Shown: piece after piece, positions 1-9,451 of the stretch
How the letters are laid out: each line of letters begins with the position of its first letter
How positions within the stretch are numbered: the first letter of the stretch is position 1
Assembly: GCA_964442125.1 (NCBI GenBank)
Contig: CAYTWO010000006.1
Span: 1 to 42,515 of the forward strand
DNA length: 42,515 bases
Source of the DNA: an uncultured Gemmatimonadota bacterium
GTDB lineage: Bacteria > Gemmatimonadota > CAZMKB01 > CAZNLH01
Reading direction: 5' to 3'
Position numbers and translations under genes: made by a program
Notes under the pieces: model-generated
Database searches by the model: none
Told to the model about the DNA's origin: nothing
Seen by the model: only the letters and a program-made list of their open reading frames with translations

Positions 1-759
1 TTCCATTCCCTCCTCCGTCATCCACCCGACCTTACCGTCATCCAGGCGAATTTGAATCCACTCCCCTACTCTGTCAGTTATCTGCACTTTCGTCCCTCCA
101 TGGAGCAGGAAGGTGTCAGGTCCCTCACGATCAGGGGAGTTCTTCACCTCTACTACTTCGGAGATTACTATACCATAGGACTGACTCGACAGCCTGGAGG
201 TCCTGGCGATAACGAGGACGACCAGAAGGGCAACGACTATCGATGCGCCGGTTCCGGACAAGAGGCTGTAACGCCTGGTCCTGAAGCCGCTCTTGAGAGT
301 AAAAAAGAGAATGGAAGCCAGCATTACCAGGTATCCAATATATGCCAGGACTATCATGATCGAGACCGAAAGCGAATCGACCAGGATTTCCCAGTATCTC
401 TTTATTATCAGGCTCGGAACAGGCTCTATCCTGTCGACCGCCATCAACCTCGCCACATCCAGGTTATGAGCGACATCCTCATCGTCAGGTAACCATCGAA
501 GCGCCCTTTCGTAATTCAGAATAGCCCGGGCGATATCCCCCTGACGGTAATAAGCGTTCCCGAGGTTATAGAAGAGGGGACCAGACACATACCCGTCACC
601 TATCAATCGCTGGAATACCCGGATTGCATCGCCATAATTCCCCTGCTGGAAGGATGTATTCCCTTCCCGAAAGGCACTTTCAGCTTCATCCAGCGACTGC
701 GTTGGTAATAAGGGAAATACGTTCAGCAGGAGAAAAGACAAGACCAGTATTGCCTTCAT
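1..759 (-). CDS. batE: BatE-like TPR + SH3 domain membrane protein (C-terminus runs off the window)
   Basis: Absent from the ORF track. The minus frame is open from ATG 759-757 (overlapping the batD stop as ATGA) to base 1. That is 253 codons, and I checked by hand that there is no tta/cta/tca in the plus triplets. The translation begins MKAILVLSFLLLNVFPLLPTQS. It has TPR-like YNLGNAYYRQGDIARAILNYERAL, a TM stretch, and an SH3-like GTKVQITDRVGEWIQIRLDDGKVGWM. The position after batD matches the Bacteroides bat operon order. Confidence 0.6.
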   Translation of the reverse strand, partial: MKAILVLSFLLLNVFPLLPTQSLDEAESAFREGNTSFQQGNYGDAIRVFQRLIGDGYVSGPLFYNLGNAYYRQGDIARAILNYERALRWLPDDEDVAHNLDVARLMAVDRIEPVPSLIIKRYWEILVDSLSVSIMIVLAYIGYLVMLASILFFTLKSGFRTRRYSLLSGTGASIVVALLVVLVIARTSRLSSQSYGIVISEVVEVKNSPDREGPDTFLLHGGTKVQITDRVGEWIQIRLDDGKVGWMTEEGME

Positions 760-2588
760 TGCAACTCCCTGTCCAGTTTATTCACAACGTCTTTTCCCTT
801 TCCAAATATCTCTTCCATCGCGGCCTTATCCGCGCTTCCCGGAGAATAACTCGCCATCGAACATGTCTCGAGTATCTCATGAAGCAGATCGACTATCTCC
901 GTTGAGATACCTTGTCCGGTGAGAAATGCCTTTGTTTTATCGAGGGAATATTCTCCCGGTTCGATATTTAACATGTCTCCGATATAACTCCACATCACCT
1001 GGGAGAGCTTCCCGTAAAACTCCTCTGTCTGATCGGCCTGTATTACACGACGAACCTCTTTAAATCCCCTTTGCGCATTCTTCGAGGCCCGCCTTTTCCT
1101 GAAGAGGGCTATGTTTCCCCTCGATCGCTTCACCCTTTTACCGTAAATCAGTACACCGATAAACCCCAGAAAGGGGAAAATGACCAGGGTAATGAACAAC
1201 GGGTGGTTGAAGAGATAATCTCCTCGCCGTTTCAGATCGAGATCCGTTAGCTTGATAAAACGGATATCCTTGCTCAACAACTCTACATCCATACGTGAAA
1301 TTTCTCCAGAGCCCCCAGCAGCCGCATAAGCCGACGGTTCTACCTGAAATTCATATGATGAAGATTTGATAGCGGAATATTTTTCAACCGATGGATCGAA
1401 GAAACTGTAACGGATCGGAGCTAAACGCACACTACCCTGTATTCTCGGAATCAGGAGATATTCGAATGTCTTAGTTCCTGATACAGTAGTATCTCGACGT
1501 TCGATTTTGTCCGTTACCTTGGGAGGATAGCTCTCTATCCCCGGAGGCAGCTCTATTTCAGGTGCTTCGAGGAGCTTGATGTTTCCCTCTCCGGAAATGG
1601 ACACCTTGAGGCTGACCGGCTCTCCCGTCTTTACCCGTGATTTGTCGATCGATACGTCCATGCGGTATTTTCCGACAGCCCCTTTGAAGTCGTCAGGAGC
1701 CCCCTCCGGTAGAGGATCGACGGTGACCGTCACGGGGTTGCTCCTCAGAATGTATTTTGCGGTCCTCCCAAACGGGTCCCTGAAAAGGGGGTCTTTGAAA
1801 AGAGACTCGAAGGGGTCTCTTCTCCCCCCGCGCTTTACCTGGATCAGTACCTGGAGCTCCATCGGATTTATCACGAGCTCACCTGTCTGTGTAGGGAAAA
1901 GGGCGATCTGCCGGACTATGCCGGTCGTGAATTGCCTCCCGTCAACAACTTCGTCTTTGACGTCAACGATCTCTCCCGACTGAAGGTCCTCACTCCAGAA
2001 ACCCGTGAGGGTCGGTGCCTTATGAATGGCGTAGTCATTTAAGCGAAAACGTGTGTATATCTTATATGTCAGAGTGATCTGCTCTCCCCGGACAGTCCTC
2101 TTCCTGTCGACAAAGGCCTCGAGAAAGATATTGTCGGCTATCTGGTCATCGGTTCCCGACCGTTCCGTTTTTTGCTGCTTCCGGGGCGGCTTTGACTGAA
2201 GGACATCGATCCGGATTGGTCGAGAGGAATAAGTTTTTCCATCAACCACTATCGACGCGCTTCCGATCGTGTAATTCCCTTCCGATTTCGGCTGAAGGAT
2301 ATAACTGTAAGTGACCGAAGACGACATCCTGCCGTTGACGAACTCGAAACTCGATGACTGGTTAGGGCCGGAAAGGACATAGAAGTCGCTCAGGTCTGGA
2401 AGTCTCAGGTCTTCCCCCCCGCCCATTCCTGCATTCTTCAGGACGAACGACAGGTTCAGTCGCTCTCCAACTGCCGGTTTTGTCTTATCGACAGAAGCCG
2501 AAAAAGAGACCTCAGCCGCCAGCGCATAGGCTTGTGTCGCTATAAAGGCGCAACCAACAAGAACAGCGCTTCTGAGGATTCTGATCAT
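756..2588 (-). CDS. batD: BatD-like oxygen-tolerance protein (signal peptide, C-terminal TM)
   Basis: 610 aa ORF with the signal peptide MIRILRSAVLVGCAFIATQAYA. It has the BatD-like repeated Ig-type architecture and a late TM segment (LFITLVIFPFLGFIGVLIY). It sits after batA/B/C. Confidence 0.75.
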   Translation of the reverse strand: MIRILRSAVLVGCAFIATQAYALAAEVSFSASVDKTKPAVGERLNLSFVLKNAGMGGGEDLRLPDLSDFYVLSGPNQSSSFEFVNGRMSSSVTYSYILQPKSEGNYTIGSASIVVDGKTYSSRPIRIDVLQSKPPRKQQKTERSGTDDQIADNIFLEAFVDRKRTVRGEQITLTYKIYTRFRLNDYAIHKAPTLTGFWSEDLQSGEIVDVKDEVVDGRQFTTGIVRQIALFPTQTGELVINPMELQVLIQVKRGGRRDPFESLFKDPLFRDPFGRTAKYILRSNPVTVTVDPLPEGAPDDFKGAVGKYRMDVSIDKSRVKTGEPVSLKVSISGEGNIKLLEAPEIELPPGIESYPPKVTDKIERRDTTVSGTKTFEYLLIPRIQGSVRLAPIRYSFFDPSVEKYSAIKSSSYEFQVEPSAYAAAGGSGEISRMDVELLSKDIRFIKLTDLDLKRRGDYLFNHPLFITLVIFPFLGFIGVLIYGKRVKRSRGNIALFRKRRASKNAQRGFKEVRRVIQADQTEEFYGKLSQVMWSYIGDMLNIEPGEYSLDKTKAFLTGQGISTEIVDLLHEILETCSMASYSPGSADKAAMEEIFGKGKDVVNKLDRELQ

Positions 2589-2589
2589 T

Positions 2590-3465
2590 TTACCAGTCCT
2601 TCTCCACTCGGACCCTTCCTCCTGGTTTTTCCCTGAGCTTTTTTTGAACCTCTCTCTCGTCTTCCCTCAGCGCCTGCAGGATCCTTTCCGCCTCTGACCG
2701 GGATATCCGCTCATCTTCAGGTTCAACAGGAGGACCTTCATCGGTACCCTGTTCGCTCTCATCCTTCTCACCCTGACCCGAAGACCCACCCTCCTCTTCA
2801 CTACCCTGATCACCCTCATCCCGGGATCTCTCCTGCTGCCCCCGCTCGTCATCTCCCTTTTCTTCGCCCTGTGACTGCTGATCCTGTCTGCTCTGCTGAT
2901 CTTCCATCTCTTCACGTTTTCTCATCGCATAGAGGAGGTTATATTTTGCGTCCAGGTCGTCAGGGTTTATTTTCAGTGATTCTATATACGACTGGATACT
3001 CTGATCGTACATCTGTTGTTTGAAAAGGGCGTTCCCACCGTTGAAAAAGGCCTTTGCAGCCATTTCATCGTCTTTTGAGACGGCAGCAGCCTTTTCGAAA
3101 GTACGGGTCGAGCCATCGAAATTTCCCTGCCTGTAAAGGGCGTCCCCCAGGTTGAAGCTCCCCTCCACAAGGTCTTTGTCTACCTCCAGGACCTTGCGGT
3201 ATTGCACCTCGGCTCCGGTGAAATCTTCCTCCTCATATGCCCTGTTCCCCTCCTTTATCAGGGAACGGGCAGACTGTGCCAGAAGAGAGCTCCATGGTGT
3301 GACCAACAGGGTCATCAATAGAGGTATAGCCAGGAACCTCATTCCTGAGGATTTATCGCGCATGCCCTTTGTCCTGATTTTACCCGGAACCTCGATAATA
3401 GTCTCCAACATGCCGCCCCCGTTTATTTCCTGTACACGATCCGTTTCTATTCCGTCTTCAGCCAC
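2590..3465 (-). CDS. batC: BatC-like TPR protein with acidic C-terminal tail
   Basis: TPR-like repeats (GNRAYEEEDFTGAEVQYRKVL, GDALYRQGNFDGSTRTFEKA, GNALFKQQMYDQSIQSYIESL) followed by a D/E/Q-rich tail. The true start may be an internal Met (MRFLAIPLLMTLL signal, near 3342). Confidence 0.7.
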   Translation of the reverse strand: MAEDGIETDRVQEINGGGMLETIIEVPGKIRTKGMRDKSSGMRFLAIPLLMTLLVTPWSSLLAQSARSLIKEGNRAYEEEDFTGAEVQYRKVLEVDKDLVEGSFNLGDALYRQGNFDGSTRTFEKAAAVSKDDEMAAKAFFNGGNALFKQQMYDQSIQSYIESLKINPDDLDAKYNLLYAMRKREEMEDQQSRQDQQSQGEEKGDDERGQQERSRDEGDQGSEEEGGSSGQGEKDESEQGTDEGPPVEPEDERISRSEAERILQALREDEREVQKKLREKPGGRVRVEKDW

Positions 3466-4487
3466 TTTTCAATCCACATAATTCGCCTCTCGGAAATCAG
3501 GAGCTCAACAAGGAGGAGAAGCAGACCGGCTGCAACGAAATATTGAAAGCGGCTTTCGTAGTCAGTAAACTGCTTCGTGCCGAACTCACGTTTCTCGAGC
3601 ACATTGATATCTTCGTAGATCTCGTTTAACTCATCCTGGGTGGTCGTTCCCTGAAAATACTTCCCCTTACCGTATGAGACCATCTTTTCCAGAGATAGAC
3701 GATCGAGCCGACTCATGACAACTTCACCCTTTCTATCTCTCTTGAAATCCACGCGTTGGCCCCTTGCGTCATAGATCGGTATAGGAGCCCCAGCTGATGA
3801 CCCCATTCCAATCACGTAAATAATTATGCCCTTACCGCTTGCCTCCTCGGCCGTCTCGAATATTTCACCTTCTGTGTTCTCGCCATCGGTAATAATGATG
3901 AGCACCTTGGTTGTCGACTCCTCGAAATCAAATGATTTCTCTGCCTGCTCAATGGCTCTCCCGATCGCTGTTCCCTGGACGGGAACGATATCCGTATCGA
4001 CAGCATCTATAAATAGTTCAGCAGCCGCGTAGTCTGTCGTAAGGGGGAACTGGGTGTACGCTTCACCCGCAAAAATGATCAATCCGATCCGGTCACCGGA
4101 AAAACGCTTGATAAGGTTCCGGATCTCCAGTCTGGCCTTTTCAAGCCTGTTTGGCCTGATATCCTCGGCCTTCATGCTGTTAGAAACATCGAGCGCGATG
4201 AAGATATCTACCCCCTCCAGCTTGACCTCTTCCAGCCTTGTTCCGATCTGGGGATTGGCCATGCCGATAAGGAGAATAACCATGCCTGCGATTAGCAGCA
4301 CAAACTTCCATAATGGTTTTGACCTGCTGGCCGTCCGGGAAAGTCGCCCGAGGAGATCCGGGTTCCCCAATCGTTTCACGGCACGCTTCTCCAACCTCCG
4401 GAAAAGCAGGTAGAAGACCACGAGAAGAGGCAGAGACATCAAGGCGTAGAGATATTCCGGATGAGCGAAACGCATCATCTCCGTCAT
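3447..4487 (-). CDS. batB: VWA domain protein, BatB-like
   Basis: N-terminal TM segments. VWA MIDAS motif (IFIALDVSNSM) and LIIITDGENT. Confidence 0.85.
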   Translation of the reverse strand: MTEMMRFAHPEYLYALMSLPLLVVFYLLFRRLEKRAVKRLGNPDLLGRLSRTASRSKPLWKFVLLIAGMVILLIGMANPQIGTRLEEVKLEGVDIFIALDVSNSMKAEDIRPNRLEKARLEIRNLIKRFSGDRIGLIIFAGEAYTQFPLTTDYAAAELFIDAVDTDIVPVQGTAIGRAIEQAEKSFDFEESTTKVLIIITDGENTEGEIFETAEEASGKGIIIYVIGMGSSAGAPIPIYDARGQRVDFKRDRKGEVVMSRLDRLSLEKMVSYGKGKYFQGTTTQDELNEIYEDINVLEKREFGTKQFTDYESRFQYFVAAGLLLLLVELLISERRIMWIEKWLKTE

Positions 4488-4521
4488 CGCAGAGGACCTC
4501 TCTCAGAAATGAATATCAGGT

Positions 4522-5520
4522 TCATGGTATTTTCCTGAACAACGTATTCGACAATCCAAACTCCAGCACCACGAGGAAGAGGGCAAGTCCGATCCAGCCA
4601 TAGAAAAGCTCCGCGTATTTCCTGTAGACACGTACCTCCATCTCCGTCTTCTCCAGCTCGTCGATCTCGGCATAAATGGCTTCAAGCTTCCTGTTATCGG
4701 TCGCCCGGTAGAACCTGCCTCTCGTCATTGCGGCTACTTTTTTGAGCGTCTCTTCATCTACCTCCACCGGGACGTTCTGATACCGGGTACCAAAGGGGGT
4801 TTGTACCGGATACGGAGCCGTTCCCATCGTTCCCACCCCCACCGTGTAGATCTTTATGCCGTAATTCCGTGCAATCTGTGTGGCGGTAAGCGGATCTATC
4901 TCACCGCGGTTGTTGACACCATCTGTAAGCAGGATCATCACCTTACTTTCAGCCTGGCTATCCTTGAGCCGGTTCACCCCGTTGGCGATGGCCATTCCTA
5001 TCGCGGTACCATCCTCGAGCAGGCCGCTTTTTACCCCGCTCAGCAACTCTTTAAGTACGCGGTAATCCATGGTCAGGGGGCACTGAGTGAAACTTTCTCC
5101 CGCAAAGACAACGAGCCCGATCCGATCGCTGATCCTCCCGTCGACGAATGACGCCGCTACAGATTTGGCCGCACCGATCCGATTGGGCTTGAAATCCTCG
5201 GCAAGCATGCTTCCGGATACGTCGAGAAGGAGCACGATATCTATCCCCTCTGTCGTGATCTCTTCGTCAATCGATACAGACTGTGGTCTGGCCAGGGCGA
5301 TTACGAGCACGCAAAGGGCAACCATGCGAAGTGAAAAGGTGAAATGACGGCCGCGCTCACGCCAGGTCTTCCTGATGTGCTGGAAAGGGGCAAGTGTGGG
5401 ATATCGATATTCACTCGTCCCCCTGTCATGACGCCATATATACCGGAATACGAGTACCGGGACGATCAGGAGGAGATAGAGAAACTCGGGATTCGCAAAG
5501 GTCACGTTATTCTGAAACAT
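4522..5520 (-). CDS. batA: VWA domain protein, BatA-like
   Basis: N-terminal FANPEFLYLLLIVPVLV. VWA MIDAS motif (IVLLLDVSGSM), MILLTDGVNN, and a C-terminal TM segment. Confidence 0.85.
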   Translation of the reverse strand: MFQNNVTFANPEFLYLLLIVPVLVFRYIWRHDRGTSEYRYPTLAPFQHIRKTWRERGRHFTFSLRMVALCVLVIALARPQSVSIDEEITTEGIDIVLLLDVSGSMLAEDFKPNRIGAAKSVAASFVDGRISDRIGLVVFAGESFTQCPLTMDYRVLKELLSGVKSGLLEDGTAIGMAIANGVNRLKDSQAESKVMILLTDGVNNRGEIDPLTATQIARNYGIKIYTVGVGTMGTAPYPVQTPFGTRYQNVPVEVDEETLKKVAAMTRGRFYRATDNRKLEAIYAEIDELEKTEMEVRVYRKYAELFYGWIGLALFLVVLEFGLSNTLFRKIP

Positions 5521-6517
5521 TTACCCTCACCTCCTGATCTTCCTGATCCGCCCGTTCATCTGCGACCTCGGCCGTATTTTCAACAACCGAAAATGCCAGC
5601 CTCAAAGTATCGGTGTTCTCATCGGGCAAGGGCTTGTATCTGGCGAATTTAACCAGGTCTGCCAGATTAAGCATCGATTCGAGATCACTTCTCGTCCCCG
5701 AAGGCATATCTATCGATTCTATATCATCCAGGATTTCATCTGTGGTCAGTTCCAGCGCTTGTATCCCGTACCGGCCATCGAGATATCCGCGAATGACCTC
5801 CGTGACCTCTGAATGGTAAGGCTTGATAAGTCCCTGTTGCCACAAACGTTTCTCCTCTATGATGTCCAACCTCTCTTTCGCGACGATATGAGGAGGTCTT
5901 GTCTCGATCACTTCTACAGGGGTTCGTTTTCTCCTCCCCCGCACTTTCAGGTACCTGAAGAGCAACCATGCAGCGACAATTATCGCGATGACAATGCCGA
6001 CCGGTGTCACCATTTCCTTCCAGGTCAATGCGAGACTCACCGGCTGCTTGATATCCTTGATATCGCGCGTGGTATCGACAGGGATAGAATGGATCACCAG
6101 GTCGATTGGAGAGGTCTCTATCTCCTTAAGAGTGGAGTCGCCCGGGAGGGAGTAAATAAACCTGAAGGGGGGTACGGTTACCTGACCGGTATCATAGGCA
6201 GCTATCCTGAAACCCGCTACCGATTCCTCTGTCGACAACCTGTGAACGGGATCCCTCTTGAGGACCAGTAGAGGACCGAGTGTGTCCCCTGTCAAAGACG
6301 TAAACGATGTCCCCTCCGGATGCTCGAGCCGCACCTCCACGTCGATCCAGTCACCTATCAGGTAGGCCGATGTATCGATCGATGCCTTGGCGGTAACGGG
6401 TCCTGACAAGCAGGAGACATCGGTTGAGTGTACCAGCAGAACCAGCAGGCCAAGCGGGCCGATGCGAACAAGAAATATTTTCAGGATTCGACTGATCTTG
6501 TCGGTAATGGCAACCAT
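5507..6517 (-). CDS. Bat-operon membrane protein of unknown function
   Basis: 336 aa ORF with an N-terminal hydrophobic segment and a central TM (VGIVIAIIVAAWLLF). It lies between the DUF58 and batA genes. No motif was recognised. Confidence 0.45.
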   Translation of the reverse strand: MVAITDKISRILKIFLVRIGPLGLLVLLVHSTDVSCLSGPVTAKASIDTSAYLIGDWIDVEVRLEHPEGTSFTSLTGDTLGPLLVLKRDPVHRLSTEESVAGFRIAAYDTGQVTVPPFRFIYSLPGDSTLKEIETSPIDLVIHSIPVDTTRDIKDIKQPVSLALTWKEMVTPVGIVIAIIVAAWLLFRYLKVRGRRKRTPVEVIETRPPHIVAKERLDIIEEKRLWQQGLIKPYHSEVTEVIRGYLDGRYGIQALELTTDEILDDIESIDMPSGTRSDLESMLNLADLVKFARYKPLPDENTDTLRLAFSVVENTAEVADERADQEDQEVRVNVSE

Positions 6518-6527
6518 ACCTTAATTC

Positions 6528-7406
6528 TCACCCAAGCCGGCGCTCTCGAAGACGGAAAAAATCTATGATCGGCTTGATATAGGGCCTGTCAACCGGGATG
6601 GTGATGTTGTCGATCCGGTTCCGGACCAGCAGCTTCCGGTATTTCCTGCGGTGTTCATTCCAGAATTCCCGGAAACTCTCCCTCACGCTTTCACTGCAGG
6701 TGTCGACCCACCGCTCTTCACTGCTCTCCGCATCGCGCAGTTTGACCAGACCCACTTCCGGCAGTTCCTCCTCCCTGGGATCGATAACCTCGACCGCAAT
6801 CAGGTCATGTTTACGGCTCAGGGTTCCGATAATCTTGTCATATCCCCAGTCCACGAAATCTGATACGAGGAATGCGATACATCTTTTGTTTATGACGTGA
6901 TTGAAGTATTCGAGCGCACCACGGATATCCGTTCCCACTCCTTCCGGCTCGAAGGAGACCAGCTCCCTGATTATGCGGAGGATATGCGCTCTTCCTTTTT
7001 TTGGCGGGACGAATTTTTCGATCCGGTCGGTGAAGAGGATCAATCCAACCTTGTCGTTGTTCTTGATCGCCGAGAACGCCAGCACAGCGCATATCTCGGT
7101 CGCTATTTCGTTCTTGAACTGTCGAACGGTACCGAATTCTCCGGAACGGCTGTAATCGACGATGAGCATAACGGTCAGTTCACGTTCCTCTTCGAAGACC
7201 TTCAGGTAGGGCTGGTCGAACCTCGCCGAAACCTTCCAGTCGATGTTTCTGACATCATCCCCGTACTGGTACTCCCGTACCTCCGAAAAATCGATCCCCA
7301 TCCCCTTGAAGACACTGTGGTACTCACCGGAAAAGACCTGATTTACGAGCCCCCGGGTCTTGAGTTCCACCATCCGGACCTTTTTCAGTATTTCACGTGT
7401 GTCCAT
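6528..7406 (-). CDS. DUF58 domain protein (MoxR-associated)
   Basis: Typical DUF58 N-terminus (VFSGEYHSVFKGMGIDFSEVREYQYGDDVRNIDWKVSAR). It lies immediately downstream of the moxR-type ATPase. Confidence 0.85.
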   Translation of the reverse strand: MDTREILKKVRMVELKTRGLVNQVFSGEYHSVFKGMGIDFSEVREYQYGDDVRNIDWKVSARFDQPYLKVFEEERELTVMLIVDYSRSGEFGTVRQFKNEIATEICAVLAFSAIKNNDKVGLILFTDRIEKFVPPKKGRAHILRIIRELVSFEPEGVGTDIRGALEYFNHVINKRCIAFLVSDFVDWGYDKIIGTLSRKHDLIAVEVIDPREEELPEVGLVKLRDAESSEERWVDTCSESVRESFREFWNEHRRKYRKLLVRNRIDNITIPVDRPYIKPIIDFFRLRERRLG

Positions 7407-7408
7407 TT

Positions 7409-8398
7409 TTAAGGGACTTCGATCTTGTTCAGGATATCGAGGACGAGCTGTTCAGGCGTCACCTCTTCGGCCTCCGCTTCATATGTCAAAGCTACGCGAT
7501 GCCTCAAGACATCCATGCATATTGCCCGGACGTCCTCCGGAATCACGTACCCCCGACGTTTGATGAACGCGAAGGCCTTTGCACCAAGCGCCAGATTGAT
7601 CGACGCGCGCGGTGAGGCGCCGTATTTGATCAGTTGTTTTTGGTCAGGGAGGCCGTACTTCGCCGGTTCTCTGGTGGCGAATACGATGTCGAGGATATAG
7701 CGCTCGATCTTTTCATCCATGTATATCTCCTGGACGACTTCCCGAGCCCGTATAATATCATCGGGTGACGCGACACGATTTGGCGGATCGGGCACCCCGC
7801 CAACGTTCCGGCGGAGTATCTCGAGCTCTTCTTCCTTGCTCGGATAATCGATCTTGACCTTCAGCATGAACCGGTCGATCTGAGCCTCCGGGAGCGGATA
7901 GGTCCCTTCCTGCTCGATCGGATTCTGCGTGGCCAGGACAAGAAACGGATCGGGGAGCAGGTAAGATTCCTCCCCGATCGTCACCTGACGTTCCTGCATA
8001 GACTCCAGGAGGGCGCTCTGCACCTTTGCCGGGGATCGGTTGATCTCATCTGCCAGGATGAAGTTGGCAAAGATCGGCCCTTTCCTGGTCTGGAATGAAC
8101 CGTCCCTGTGATTGTAGATCATCGTTCCGATCAGATCTGCGGGCAGAAGGTCGGGTGTGAACTGGATGCGCTGGAATTTCGCCCGGAATGTCGCGGCAAG
8201 CGAGTGAACGGCAAGTGTCTTTGCCAGTCCCGGGACTCCTTCCAGAAGAATATGCCCATTGGCCAGGAGACCAACCAGGAGCCGCTCGACCATCTCCTTC
8301 TGACCAACAATGACCTTCCCCATCTCCAGAAGGATGGCATCGACAAACGCGCTCTCTTTCTCGATCTTTTTGTTGATTTCTTGAATGTCCGTAGCCAT
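7409..8398 (-). CDS. moxR: MoxR-family AAA+ ATPase
   Basis: Walker A LLEGVPGLAKT and Walker B ILADEINR. Also VLATQNPIEQEGTYPLPEAQIDRF. Confidence 0.9.
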   Translation of the reverse strand: MATDIQEINKKIEKESAFVDAILLEMGKVIVGQKEMVERLLVGLLANGHILLEGVPGLAKTLAVHSLAATFRAKFQRIQFTPDLLPADLIGTMIYNHRDGSFQTRKGPIFANFILADEINRSPAKVQSALLESMQERQVTIGEESYLLPDPFLVLATQNPIEQEGTYPLPEAQIDRFMLKVKIDYPSKEEELEILRRNVGGVPDPPNRVASPDDIIRAREVVQEIYMDEKIERYILDIVFATREPAKYGLPDQKQLIKYGASPRASINLALGAKAFAFIKRRGYVIPEDVRAICMDVLRHRVALTYEAEAEEVTPEQLVLDILNKIEVP

Positions 8399-8456
8399 TG
8401 ATTCGATTAAACCTCCTTCGCTCTGTTCTCTCCCATCGGTTGATTTGCTTATACCT

Positions 8457-8507
8457 AAGTGCTGCGTTTCGTAAGTTCGATGACGTATCGAGTGAAACGC
8501 AGCACTT
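8457..8507. repeat. perfect 14-bp-stem inverted repeat (AAGTGCTGCGTTTC-N23-GAAACGCAGCACTT) in a 400-nt noncoding gap
   Basis: The arms at 8457-8470 and 8494-8507 are exact reverse complements. The loop contains a nested TCGAT/ATCGA stem. Confidence 0.8.
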
Positions 8508-8663
8508 CCATAGGGGCACTGCCCCTATGGCGGTTCCGAAAGCTCCCAACCGGTCGCTTCCGGCACCTGTCACCCCTCGGGGGGCCTGCCGTGGCCCCCC
8601 AAACCCCCCACGGCAGCGGGCCACGGTTCTTGAGATACGTCACCATAAATGCGAGCAGGCCCA

Positions 8664-8679
8664 CTAAGTTGAGCGATTC
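8664..8679. repeat. partial copy of dispersed element CTAAGTTGAGCGATTC
   Basis: A 16-nt string identical to those at 16327-16342 and 21611-21626. Confidence 0.8.
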
Positions 8680-8796
8680 GATCGCTAAATCCACTGGAAA
8701 ACATAGATAAGCGAACTCCTTTACTATTTCCAGGGGATAAAATACCGTTACAGAATAAAATTGTTCCGTCAATCAGGCAGATTATTCACAGCAGTT

Positions 8797-8824
8797 AGTT
8801 AAATAGGGACAGTTAAATAGGGAC
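8797..8824. repeat. perfect tandem duplication of a 14-bp unit (AGTTAAATAGGGAC x2)
   Basis: Read directly from the sequence. It spans the stop codon and last codons of the NifU-like CDS. Confidence 0.9.
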
Positions 8825-9173
8825 AGGCACCATTTAATTGATTTAAGCACCACGGGTAGATTCCCGACGCGCTGATCTCCGATCGGCTTGCGGGAATGAC
8901 GGAGAAGGAGGTCATTACGGCTTGTAAGGCTTCCGCCTGTTCCAGGGTCTTCCCCTTGATCCACTCAGTGGCAAGGGCAAGTGCAGCCAGGCCAAAACCA
9001 CAGCCGGTGGTCGTGAACGATGCGTCCACGATGACACCTTCCTCGATCCTGAGATAGATGACGTAAGCGTCCCCGCAGGCCTCGTTTTTGAACGATCGCA
9101 CCGTCGAGGGAGACTCCATGACGCCTACATTCCGCATTTCATCGTTAATCGACTTGAACCTGTCAAAGTCCAT
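8799..9173 (-). CDS. NifU/IscU-like Fe-S cluster scaffold protein
   Basis: Three Cys lie in IscU-like contexts: EACGDAY, TTTGCGFGLAALALATEWIKGKTLEQA and YPWCLNQL. Confidence 0.7.
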   Translation of the reverse strand: MDFDRFKSINDEMRNVGVMESPSTVRSFKNEACGDAYVIYLRIEEGVIVDASFTTTGCGFGLAALALATEWIKGKTLEQAEALQAVMTSFSVIPASRSEISASGIYPWCLNQLNGACPYLTVPI

Positions 9174-9265
9174 ACTGGAGCCTCCCGGATTAAACAGGCA
9201 AATCGTCGATATAGGTCAAAGGGGAGATACCCGGTCTGCCCGTCGAATCACGGTTGAAAAGTCGT

Positions 9266-9451
9266 TCACTCGCTATCGATCAGGCTGTTGAGCGCCTCGA
9301 CAAGCATATTGCTGTCGACACCGTATCCTGCCGTGACCTCTTCGATCGTCTCCTGCTCATTGATGACACAATGAGAGCAGCCACCGAGATGGAAAGCGGC
9401 AAAGACCTCTCCAGCCCTCGGATGCAGGCGCAGTGCATCACCGATCGTCAT
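9266..9451 (-). CDS. DUF1858 (hybrid-cluster-protein-associated redox disulfide) domain protein
   Basis: MTIGDALRLHPRAGEVFAAFHLGGCSHCVINEQETIEEVTAGYGVDSNMLVEALN matches the DUF1858 pattern. The internal ATG at 9451 is preferred over the ORF-track start at 9529. Confidence 0.6.
   Translation of the reverse strand: MTIGDALRLHPRAGEVFAAFHLGGCSHCVINEQETIEEVTAGYGVDSNMLVEALNSLIDSE

Noticed and set aside
8046-8772. 192-aa Arg/Gly-rich ORF (8046-8624) and 105-aa ORF (8455-8772) in the gap upstream of moxR.
   Set aside because: The first overlaps the moxR N-terminus out of frame and then reads through GC-rich palindromes. Both have implausible composition and no SD.
8399-8798. tRNA, tmRNA, SRP RNA or RNase P RNA in the structured gap.
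   Set aside because: I could find no cloverleaf with a GGTTCGAATCC-type T-arm, no tmRNA tag/tRNA-like end, no SRP GGAAGCAGCC-type motif and no RNase P conserved GGAAAGTCCGGGC-type block.
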